Shown: in pieces, positions 8,772 to 15,539 of the stretch
How positions within the stretch are numbered: the first letter of the stretch is position 1
Layout of the letters: every line of letters starts with the position of its first letter
Source: a virus
Taxonomy: Duplodnaviria; Caudoviricetes
IMG/VR virus record: IMGVR_UViG_3300044268_004572
Span: 1-25,522 of that record
Reading direction: 5' to 3' (one strand)
Length of the DNA: 25,522 nucleotides
Notes under the pieces: model-generated
The model's database searches: none
What the model was told of the DNA's origin: nothing
The model's input: the letters and a program-made list of their open reading frames with translations, nothing else
Translations under genes and position numbers: made by a program

Positions 8772-9124
8772 CCATTTACCTCCACGCACATTCCCACTTT
8801 GCAGACTTTTACAGATTCCAAGGTCAAATGATCTGGAAATCTTTTATCCATCAACTTTAACCACAAGTGCCGAGCTATCATTTCAGCTGTGGGATTTTCA
8901 ATAAACTCATTCAAATATGTATGATCTAACTGCTTAACGATTGCCCCTGCCTTAGTCCGAAACTCTTCATGGGGAATAACCCATCCATATCGCTTATTAG
9001 GTTCTCCGCTTATGGTTACATATACTTCATGCGAATGACCATGAATCCTTGCGTTTTCTTTACCGACTCCCTCAATTCGATGAGCCGCTTCAAATGTAAA
9101 TTTTTCTGTTACTTTAGTTTTCAT
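8768..9124 (-). CDS. queD: QueD/6-pyruvoyl-tetrahydropterin synthase-like T-fold protein (divergent)
   Basis: FEAAH, HGHS, LDHTYLNE and NPTAE are present, but the Cys of CxxxHGH is replaced by Asn. Confidence 0.8.
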   Translation of the reverse strand: MKTKVTEKFTFEAAHRIEGVGKENARIHGHSHEVYVTISGEPNKRYGWVIPHEEFRTKAGAIVKQLDHTYLNEFIENPTAEMIARHLWLKLMDKRFPDHLTLESVKVCKVGMCVEVNG

Positions 9125-9140
9125 TGAAAAAACGCAAATT

Positions 9141-9413
9141 CTAATACTTCACATCAATCCCACCCTCAATGTATTCGGGATGCTCCTTCCACTCCTCGCG
9201 AATCTTCAACCTCGGTACGCGCATGTATTCTTGAAAAAAAAACATGAACGCACGCCTGTCCTCATTCGTCTCGGCGTTTCCAATCTCTTCAAGAATCATG
9301 ATTTCATGCCTCTTGTTTTCCGCATCTCGACGAATGATCTCCGTTATTTCATTCGACCACTGCTTTTGCGCGCATGATGAAAAAAATAAAACGAACAACA
9401 GAATTCTACGCAT
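9141..9413 (-). CDS. Putative lipoprotein (90 aa)
   Basis: Signal MRRILLFVLFFSSC with a lipobox-like FSS-C. Confidence 0.65.
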   Translation of the reverse strand: MRRILLFVLFFSSCAQKQWSNEITEIIRRDAENKRHEIMILEEIGNAETNEDRRAFMFFFQEYMRVPRLKIREEWKEHPEYIEGGIDVKY

Positions 9414-9642
9414 CCCTCTCCCTCGCCTGCATCTCCATAGCCACGATTATTGCCTGTTCGAGCGTGTCGGTCGGGATTTTCTCCTTACCAACCGACCAGC
9501 CTTCAGTATCCTCTCCAACGTTTCGGGGCTTAATTTCAACGTCGGATGCGTCCGCCCTGACCAATCGGACGATGCATTTTTGCGAAACAAGCTGCGTTTC
9601 ACTCCTGCGTATTCTTTCGTGCAGTTCGGATTCACTGGTCAC
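9406..9642 (-). CDS. Hypothetical protein (78 aa)
   Basis: GTG 9642 preceded by GAGG. It overlaps both neighbouring ORFs. Confidence 0.6.
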   Translation of the reverse strand: MTSESELHERIRRSETQLVSQKCIVRLVRADASDVEIKPRNVGEDTEGWSVGKEKIPTDTLEQAIIVAMEMQARERDA

Positions 9643-9781
9643 GACACCTCGCCTTGAGTTGCAGATTCTCCGCACGCAACTCATTGATACGGTCGTACAG
9701 TTTCTTGTTTTCATCCACCAACCGCTGTACCCATTGCGGCCAGTTCTCGATCTTTTTGCCCGTGGGCGAATATACGTTCAT
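9632..9781 (-). CDS. Small coiled-coil protein (49 aa)
   Basis: MNVYSPTGKKIENWPQWVQRLVDENKKLYDRINELRAENLQLKARCRDQ. ATGA coupling at 9778-9781. Confidence 0.6.
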   Translation of the reverse strand: MNVYSPTGKKIENWPQWVQRLVDENKKLYDRINELRAENLQLKARCRDQ

Positions 9782-9936
9782 TCCTCTTCCTCCAATTCTA
9801 TGTCGCTGTCAAAATCAATTACGTCCTCGTCGAAATATTCATCAATCGCCTCACCCACGCACTTCAACAAATCCTCTTCATCCAAATCACTTTCCTCGCC
9901 CCAGCGGTGAAGCAGGGACTTTATTTCATGAATCAC
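9778..9936 (-). CDS. Small highly acidic protein (52 aa)
   Basis: GTG 9936. C-terminus ...DEYFDEDVIDFDSDIELEEEE. Confidence 0.6.
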   Translation of the reverse strand: MIHEIKSLLHRWGEESDLDEEDLLKCVGEAIDEYFDEDVIDFDSDIELEEEE

Positions 9937-10150
9937 TTTTCTTTTTACCTTGTTCACAATTCTTAAAGTACGAATACATTTTGCTTGGGAATTGACGTTG
10001 TTTCTTGGTTCGCACCGCAAGCATCATTCCGTTTTCATCCAGTAAGTTTCTTCCATTCTCGTCCTTGACAAAGTGATCAATTTCCGTCTGCGACCAAAAA
10101 TACCGCCATCCGCGCAAAACCTCTTCGTAGGTTGCCAAACGATTATTCAT
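9926..10150 (-). CDS. Hypothetical protein (74 aa)
   Basis: ORF overlaps its neighbours within the operon. Confidence 0.6.
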   Translation of the reverse strand: MNNRLATYEEVLRGWRYFWSQTEIDHFVKDENGRNLLDENGMMLAVRTKKQRQFPSKMYSYFKNCEQGKKKSDS

Positions 10151-10340
10151 CGTCGTTCATCCATCCCTGTCCCCGCGCAACGTTGCGATCACGACGCAAC
10201 TGCTCGGCGTATTCGTCGTAATTTGCCCGCTTTTCAAATTCTTCGTCGGTTATCGGTTCATTCTCTTCCATGCGTTTTTTGCACAATTCCTCCCGGTAAT
10301 CCTCGTATAACGCTCGCGCTTCGAATTCCTCTTCGGTCAT
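10143..10340 (-). CDS. Small acidic protein (65 aa)
   Basis: ATG 10340 overlaps the MTase stop (ATGA). Internal repeat TEEEFEARA/TDEEFEKRA. Confidence 0.65.
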   Translation of the reverse strand: MTEEEFEARALYEDYREELCKKRMEENEPITDEEFEKRANYDEYAEQLRRDRNVARGQGWMNDDE

Positions 10341-11359
10341 TTCATTTCCTTCCATAATGTCTTCCACGCTAATTCTGCGGTTTGGGGGACGACTCCGTTG
10401 CCAAGGAGGCGGAGTCGGTCCACTCTGTTGGCAATTGGGTCCACCCCGTCATGCCCCTGCCCAGGAGCAATGCTTCCACCCAATTCGGATTGAGCTTCGG
10501 TGACCCGTGGTTCTTCCCAGTCATATTGCTCTTCTCCGGGACGGGCAGGCCATTGTGTTTCTTCGCTAAAATTGTGGAAAGACTGCTTGATTGCGCCTTT
10601 GTGTTGTGATTCACCCCCTGCGGATGATGATCCCTTGTTGCGGGTGTCGGCCAATTCTTCTTCGCTTCCTCCGCTAGTATCTTGCCCCCCGTTCCGGGCT
10701 TGCGACTGCCGGGGTTCCCGGCTCGCGGGGTGGGCCAATTGCTCAACTCCCCGTTTATTGCCATTGCTGTTAAGTTTCTGCTCCTTTGCGTCTTCTTCTG
10801 TCCGTCCTTCTGTAAGCTGTACTTCTCCACTGTATGGGCTTCGGGTGTCGGGTAGTTTCGCAAGGATGAACACTCGTTTCCTTTGGTGCGGAGCGCCAAC
10901 TTCTTCCGCGCTGAATATGCCTGTTTCATATCGGTAGCCATCTTCTGCCAAATCGCTGAGGACTGTGGAGAGTCCAAGCGACAAGTGTCCGAAAACATTT
11001 TCGGCAAAAACCCAGGAAGGTCTAATTGTTTGGATGTGCTTGCGGATATAGGGCCATAAGTGTCTTGGGTCTTCTTCGCCTTGTCTTTTTCCTGCGCTAC
11101 TGAACGGTTGGCATGGGTAGCCGCAACATATGCCGTCCACGATTCCACGAAAGTCTGATGCAGGGAAGGTTTTAAGGTCCGTCCAGACAGGTGCGTCAGA
11201 AAGCCTCCCTTCTTCAATCTTCGCAACCAGGTTGGCGATGCAGAATCCTTCCCTCTCCACGAAACAGATTGTGCGTACATCCACGCCAGCTCGCTCGATT
11301 CCAAGTTCGAGTCCGGCGTAGCCGGAACAAAAGCTGATAATGTTTTGGGGATTATCCAC
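10337..11359 (-). CDS. C5-cytosine DNA methyltransferase, catalytic (alpha) polypeptide
   Basis: Motif I FCSGYAG, IV GYPCQPFS, VI ENV, VIII QRKRVF and X RLRLLGNGVVP are present. No recognisable motif IX in this frame. Probable start GTG 11359 (the ORF is open from 11380). Confidence 0.9.
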   Translation of the reverse strand: MDNPQNIISFCSGYAGLELGIERAGVDVRTICFVEREGFCIANLVAKIEEGRLSDAPVWTDLKTFPASDFRGIVDGICCGYPCQPFSSAGKRQGEEDPRHLWPYIRKHIQTIRPSWVFAENVFGHLSLGLSTVLSDLAEDGYRYETGIFSAEEVGAPHQRKRVFILAKLPDTRSPYSGEVQLTEGRTEEDAKEQKLNSNGNKRGVEQLAHPASREPRQSQARNGGQDTSGGSEEELADTRNKGSSSAGGESQHKGAIKQSFHNFSEETQWPARPGEEQYDWEEPRVTEAQSELGGSIAPGQGHDGVDPIANRVDRLRLLGNGVVPQTAELAWKTLWKEMK

Positions 11360-11361
11360 AT
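10369..11361 (-). CDS. Overlapping-frame methyltransferase beta polypeptide (TRD-like repeats plus motif IX)
   Basis: About 330 stop-free codons in a second frame. Three N[WY]PTP repeats and LNPNWVE....GWT (motif IX-like). ATG 11361 has GGGAGG 7 nt upstream. Confidence 0.72.
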   Translation of the reverse strand: MWIIPKTLSAFVPATPDSNLESSELAWMYAQSVSWRGKDSASPTWLRRLKKGGFLTHLSGRTLKPSLHQTFVESWTAYVAATHANRSVAQEKDKAKKTQDTYGPISASTSKQLDLPGFLPKMFSDTCRLDSPQSSAIWQKMATDMKQAYSARKKLALRTKGNECSSLRNYPTPEAHTVEKYSLQKDGQKKTQRSRNLTAMAINGELSNWPTPRAGNPGSRKPGTGGKILAEEAKKNWPTPATRDHHPQGVNHNTKAQSSSLSTILAKKHNGLPVPEKSNMTGKNHGSPKLNPNWVEALLLGRGMTGWTQLPTEWTDSASLATESSPKPQN

Positions 11362-11792
11362 CGCACAACCTCCCATCCACGATCCGCTTTTCTCAAACGT
11401 ACCTCATCCCCGATAAAATAACTGTTCGGCTTCGCGCGGAACCAGCCATGACTCCCATCCGCAAATTCAACGTCGTAGCGGTAGGGATTTCTCGGTTTCA
11501 AATACACCCGTCCGATCAATTCCTCCGCCCCTTTCACCCGCTTCTCCACCTCCTTGATCGGCGCAACCACCTGCTCGATCATTTCCTCAACGTCCGCAAT
11601 CTCGCGCTTTTCAATCTCCTCTCCCGCAAGCTCCTTCAATTTCAACACCATCTTGCGCGAAACGCGGTTGCCGTACAGACAGGTGCGCATCGTACTGCGC
11701 TTGATTCCCATGATACCCGCAAATTCATCACGACTGACACCCGCGTCCTCCAATATCTTTCTCGCCTGTATGCCCGTCAACTTTGTATCCAC
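11352..11792 (-). CDS. XRE/Cro-type HTH DNA-binding protein
   Basis: GVSRDEFAGIMGIKRSTMRTCLYG forms an HTH. Probable GTG start at 11792 after AAGGA. Confidence 0.7.
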   Translation of the reverse strand: MDTKLTGIQARKILEDAGVSRDEFAGIMGIKRSTMRTCLYGNRVSRKMVLKLKELAGEEIEKREIADVEEMIEQVVAPIKEVEKRVKGAEELIGRVYLKPRNPYRYDVEFADGSHGWFRAKPNSYFIGDEVRLRKADRGWEVVRCG

Positions 11793-11852
11793 ATGTATCC
11801 TTGTGTAGTTTGCTCTGTACAAGTCAAATAAAAACCGATAAAATTAAGAACA

Positions 11853-12332
11853 ATGCCAAGAGGGATACCCAAAAAACTCAATGCCTTCGATGCCAAGCTC
11901 AAGGATAAGATAATCAATTCCGCCGTGCGGATCGCGTCCAAACAATCCACTCACAAACAGGAGTGTGAAAACCTCGAACTTTCCACAAAGCAGGAAGAAG
12001 ACAGACTGAGAATACAAAACGCCATGAAGTTCGGCATGAAAATGACCGAGCAGGAATTTCTCAACGCAGTCTCGAAAAAACTTCAGCACATGGTCGCGGA
12101 TTCACTCAACGATCTGCATGATTCAATCGACAAGATTCCCGCGCAAAACAAAGCCTATGCCGTGGGCATGCTTTTCGATAAATACATGACCATTTCGGGC
12201 AGACCCACCAACATAACCGCCAACGCATCGGTTAAACTCGGAGCGTCCGACGTCTCCCCCGACAAAGTACGGTCGATACTCAAGGGACGCAGGGATGAGG
12301 AAACCATCGACCTCGATGAAAAGAAAGGGTAA
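11853..12332 (+). CDS. Putative terminase small subunit-like protein
   Basis: MPRG start, helical body and AVGMLFDK..ISGRPT motif, typical of TerS-like oligomerisation helices. Adjacent to a non-coding putative terminus region. Confidence 0.5.
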   Translation: MPRGIPKKLNAFDAKLKDKIINSAVRIASKQSTHKQECENLELSTKQEEDRLRIQNAMKFGMKMTEQEFLNAVSKKLQHMVADSLNDLHDSIDKIPAQNKAYAVGMLFDKYMTISGRPTNITANASVKLGASDVSPDKVRSILKGRRDEETIDLDEKKG

Positions 12333-12732
12333 TCTTTACGAACAGATATTTTACACGGAAGCGCTCGCCCGAAATCTCGAAGTCTTTATTCCGCTCGGCG
12401 ACTATCTTCCGCAGGACTGTCTGGTCATGAACCGGGCGGGGAAGTCCTATAAGGTGCAGATCAAGGGAACCGCCGACAAAGCGTACGATAAAACGCGCGG
12501 AGGATTGGGCAGGTATATGATCACCACCGCAAGCGGGTCCAGTACCAAGCAGTCAATCGATCCCACCAAGGTCGACGTTCTCGCCGCCTACATTGAAAAA
12601 ATACCGACCTGGTACATCATTCCCACGCTCGCCATCGACAACGCAATCAGAATATCCCTCTATCCGCACAACGCCGCTTCCAAGGCCAAGCATGAAAAGT
12701 ATCGCGAGCATTGGGAATTGTTCTCAAGCTGA
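12316..12732 (+). CDS. PD-(D/E)XK endonuclease
   Basis: GNLYE, P.GDYLPQDC, KVQIKGT, VDVLAAY and WYIIP motifs. Confidence 0.8.
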   Translation: MKRKGNLYEQIFYTEALARNLEVFIPLGDYLPQDCLVMNRAGKSYKVQIKGTADKAYDKTRGGLGRYMITTASGSSTKQSIDPTKVDVLAAYIEKIPTWYIIPTLAIDNAIRISLYPHNAASKAKHEKYREHWELFSS

Positions 12733-13306
12733 GACTACGCACGAATACGATACCGTACTTTGCGATGCCCACTCTTATTGCGAAAAATTTCGTGGGGGGA
12801 GTGATGATAATATATAAATTAGCGCGGACATGCGCGCACCCCCGCCCCCCCTGCATGCGTCTTTTTATGCGATTTTTTTTGCTAAATTGTCGGCTCAATA
12901 GACTAAAAGTCTACTGCTGATTCGCTTGTTTACTGCAATACCTTGGCATTTGCGCCAATTGTGCCAATCGATTGCTTGTGATTGGCGGTGAATCATACCG
13001 CCTGCAATAACATATCAACGTATCATGATGCGTTGATGCGTTCTTACGTGTTTCGCTTACTGAAAAAAAGGGCGGGCGGGTAGAAATGAATTTCAACTAA
13101 TCAATTGTATTTCTTGTTTACATTTGCTTGACTTTTCAATTGTCTGTGATCGCTTGAAACTTTTTTTAAATTTTTTTGACGCTCTAGAATGCGGGTTTCA
13201 ACAGAAATTAACATTTTGTGCTTGCGTCGTCGCCGTTTGTAGTTTTACTTGAGTACATCCATTGAGGGTCTTTCCCTCACAACCAAAATCAAAAAATCAA
13301 AATACT

Positions 13307-13576
13307 ATGATAGCAATACAAACAAAGTACCTCGGTGCGACTAATACAAAACCCTCACGCATCAAAGCGTTCACTTGCAATGGGCATTCATGCATCATTT
13401 CTTATGATTACGCATTAAGCGATGCAAAGCTCCATTTCAAAGCGGTAAAAGCATTGGTGAGCAAATGCAAATTGGATTGGGATATTTCCAAGATGAATTA
13501 CGGGGGGGTAAACGGTGGTTATGTTTTTACCTTTCCTTCTTCAATCATTGAAACCGAGGAGACTTGCGAAGCATGA
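13307..13576 (+). CDS. Conserved early-type phage protein (89 aa)
   Basis: IQTKYLGATNTKPSRIKA motif, familiar from phage early genes. ATG at 13307. Confidence 0.75.
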   Translation: MIAIQTKYLGATNTKPSRIKAFTCNGHSCIISYDYALSDAKLHFKAVKALVSKCKLDWDISKMNYGGVNGGYVFTFPSSIIETEETCEA

Positions 13577-13671
13577 CACATTACGAACTCACTCTTTGCC
13601 TCTGGCTCCCATGGCTCATCGCGGGCGCTTGGATCGCGATTCAAACACTACTTACAAAGAGAGGAAATTAG
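13573..13671 (+). CDS. Single-TM micro-protein (32 aa)
   Basis: MTHYELTLCLWLPWLIAGAWIAIQTLLTKRGN. ATGA coupling to the upstream ORF. Confidence 0.55.
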   Translation: MTHYELTLCLWLPWLIAGAWIAIQTLLTKRGN

Positions 13672-13672
13672 C

Positions 13673-13882
13673 ATGAAACCAAAACCAATAATACGGAAAT
13701 ACGAAGGCTACATTATCCATTACAAGCGGATACATGAGTTATGGCAATGGAGAAAAGACAATGGTGAGTTTGTATTTCAGCCTATTACTTATCCATACTC
13801 TGCCAAAACACTAGAAGAAGCTAAAAGCAAAATTGATAAGCAAATAGCAAAGGAGAAAGCTACTAATGATCCACGCAAGTAA
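13673..13882 (+). CDS. Hypothetical protein (69 aa)
   Basis: GAGGA RBS and TLEEAKSKID motif. Confidence 0.7.
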   Translation: MKPKPIIRKYEGYIIHYKRIHELWQWRKDNGEFVFQPITYPYSAKTLEEAKSKIDKQIAKEKATNDPRK

Positions 13883-14054
13883 ACTATTCCCACAAGCTCT
13901 GAAAGAAGCCTTCGAAGAGGGCGAGAAAGCTCGCAAGGAACGCGAAGCACGGGAACGCAAGGCGAGCGATCGTGAAACGATCCGCGTAAAGCGTAAACGC
14001 GCGCGAGTCAACTTGACAGAGCGCGAGAAAGTGCAACTGACATTCAACCTATAA
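13866..14054 (+). CDS. Basic charged protein (62 aa)
   Basis: AAGGAG RBS upstream. Confidence 0.65.
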   Translation: MIHASKLFPQALKEAFEEGEKARKEREARERKASDRETIRVKRKRARVNLTEREKVQLTFNL

Positions 14055-14138
14055 ATAACCAAAGAAAGAAAAGATGGCAAGACTCGCTAATAAAACACAG
14101 ACAACACTAAACCTAAACCTAGATTATGGAGTAACAAT

Positions 14139-14375
14139 ATGAATCATATAATAAAACTGGCATTGACCAAGAAACCAAACAAACAGGCACTTGATACCTA
14201 CAGGAAGGCAATAAGTGACCATGGAGAAGCATTGAATCAAGTATCTTTAACTCACTTCAAATTGGAAGAAGCCGAAGAGAAACTACTACAATCTATATTC
14301 AGTCAAATTACTGATATAGAAAGAAAAGGCATACTCTTTGAATTAGGATACGACCTGCCTAGGGACATAAGATGA
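14139..14375 (+). CDS. Hypothetical protein (78 aa)
   Basis: GGAG RBS. ATGA coupling to the next ORF. Confidence 0.65.
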   Translation: MNHIIKLALTKKPNKQALDTYRKAISDHGEALNQVSLTHFKLEEAEEKLLQSIFSQITDIERKGILFELGYDLPRDIR

Positions 14376-14581
14376 AAAGTATTAACGAAAAAATCCAAAA
14401 GCTTAATGACCGCAAAGGTAATTTGTTTCAAGAGCGAATCCAAGTTAAGGAGATGGTAAACTCAATGGAGAAACAAATTGATTATCTCAATAAGAGACTT
14501 CAGCAAATCGAGATTGAAAAAAATGACATCAACAATCTCCGTTCTGTTCTTATCAATTCAAAGCGCAAAATAGAGGACTAA
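14372..14581 (+). CDS. Coiled-coil protein (69 aa)
   Basis: Heptad pattern and a coupled start. Confidence 0.65.
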   Translation: MKSINEKIQKLNDRKGNLFQERIQVKEMVNSMEKQIDYLNKRLQQIEIEKNDINNLRSVLINSKRKIED

Positions 14582-14591
14582 AGGAGCACGC

Positions 14592-14912
14592 ATGAACGAT
14601 ACAAAAGAGAAACACGCCACACACACGCCCGGACCTTGGCACGCATTTCAGCAAACTTATAATCCGTCAAATAAAGGTTTGTTTGAAGTAGACGCAAATC
14701 ATCCAAGCGGGAACCGTCAAACTATTGCGTTTACACCGTTGAATGGAGACGGGCATGAGATGTGGGCCAACGCGCGCTTGATCGCGGCGGCTCCTGAGAT
14801 GTACGAGGCACTACAAAATTTGGTAGCAGATTGGGAAAGATGCATAGGAGCAATACCGGATGACCATGAAGCTCGCGAGGTCCTCGCCAAAGTAGACGGG
14901 CGGGAGGGATGA
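14592..14912 (+). CDS. Conserved phage protein (HTPGPW...ANARLIAAAP family)
   Basis: HTPGPW and ANARLIAAAPEMYEAL motifs, with an AAGGAG RBS. Confidence 0.85.
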   Translation: MNDTKEKHATHTPGPWHAFQQTYNPSNKGLFEVDANHPSGNRQTIAFTPLNGDGHEMWANARLIAAAPEMYEALQNLVADWERCIGAIPDDHEAREVLAKVDGREG

Positions 14913-15151
14913 GTATACATATATTTGGATTAAGACTGCCCAAAGGTGACATCATGGGGTATGGATGCACCGCAAAGGAAGCAGAGGGCATGTGTCGCAA
15001 GGCATACAAAGCAATGACTTCCCATTGGGATGAGGAGTATGCCCCAAGGGATTGGATCAAAGCTAAGGATTACTTCGGGCATACTTATGAAGAGTTAGAA
15101 CTTCCAGGTGCAACTTATGATAACGAAGCATTTAAAAAGGGGGCATTATAA
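14909..15151 (+). CDS. Hypothetical protein (80 aa)
   Basis: GGAGG RBS and ATGA coupling. Confidence 0.65.
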   Translation: MSIHIFGLRLPKGDIMGYGCTAKEAEGMCRKAYKAMTSHWDEEYAPRDWIKAKDYFGHTYEELELPGATYDNEAFKKGAL

Positions 15152-15153
15152 TC

Positions 15154-15288
15154 ATGACTAAGCCAAACGAATCAGACACAATTGCGCGCCTGGCGTTGGG
15201 CCTCATCATCTTTTTGGTGATGCGGTTCGCGCCCAAGGCGGTTGAAGCTTGGCAAAAGAGAAAGAATATGAAAGGAGAAATGCGATGA
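15154..15288 (+). CDS. Single-TM micro-protein (44 aa)
   Basis: MTKPNESDTIARLALGLIIFLVMRFAPKAVEAWQKRKNMKGEMR. Confidence 0.55.
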   Translation: MTKPNESDTIARLALGLIIFLVMRFAPKAVEAWQKRKNMKGEMR

Positions 15289-15449
15289 GTGAAGAACAAT
15301 TTTTTCCTTGGATTGACGAATACGAACAAACGATTGAGGAGAAAGGAATGGATTTTTTAATTGCGATGGAAGAACTAGGCATCATCAAAGCGCATTACTT
15401 TAAAGGGCATATAGCCCCTACAAATCGTTTTGTTATTCTACGAAGGTAA
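15285..15449 (+). CDS. Hypothetical protein (54 aa)
   Basis: AAGGAG RBS and ATGA coupling. Translation begins MSEEQFFPWIDEY. Confidence 0.6.
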   Translation: MSEEQFFPWIDEYEQTIEEKGMDFLIAMEELGIIKAHYFKGHIAPTNRFVILRR

Positions 15450-15539
15450 AGACTCATGTTTTGAGTTCTAGCGTCTTTTAGGGTACAATGCTGTAGCTTA
15501 AACGCCATTCCTGTAATCTTATGTAACCCAAAGTAGTCT

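Noticed and set aside
7717-9124. Canonical queuosine/preQ0 biosynthesis operon
   Set aside because: No folE, queE, queC or queF is present in the window, and the QueD lacks its catalytic Cys.
9244-9995. Long plus-strand ORFs (137, 178 and 113 aa)
   Set aside because: They are antisense to a well-coupled chain of minus-strand genes and have Ser-rich shadow composition.
10337-11380. Methyltransferase as a frameshifted pseudogene
   Set aside because: Both frames are open end to end, each has a plausible start at a shared RBS, and the motifs partition complementarily as in M.EcoHK31I. A single indel would not explain this.
12647-13096. Short ORFs in the putative terminus region
   Set aside because: They have no RBS or coupling, are rich in homopolymers, and do not look protein-like.
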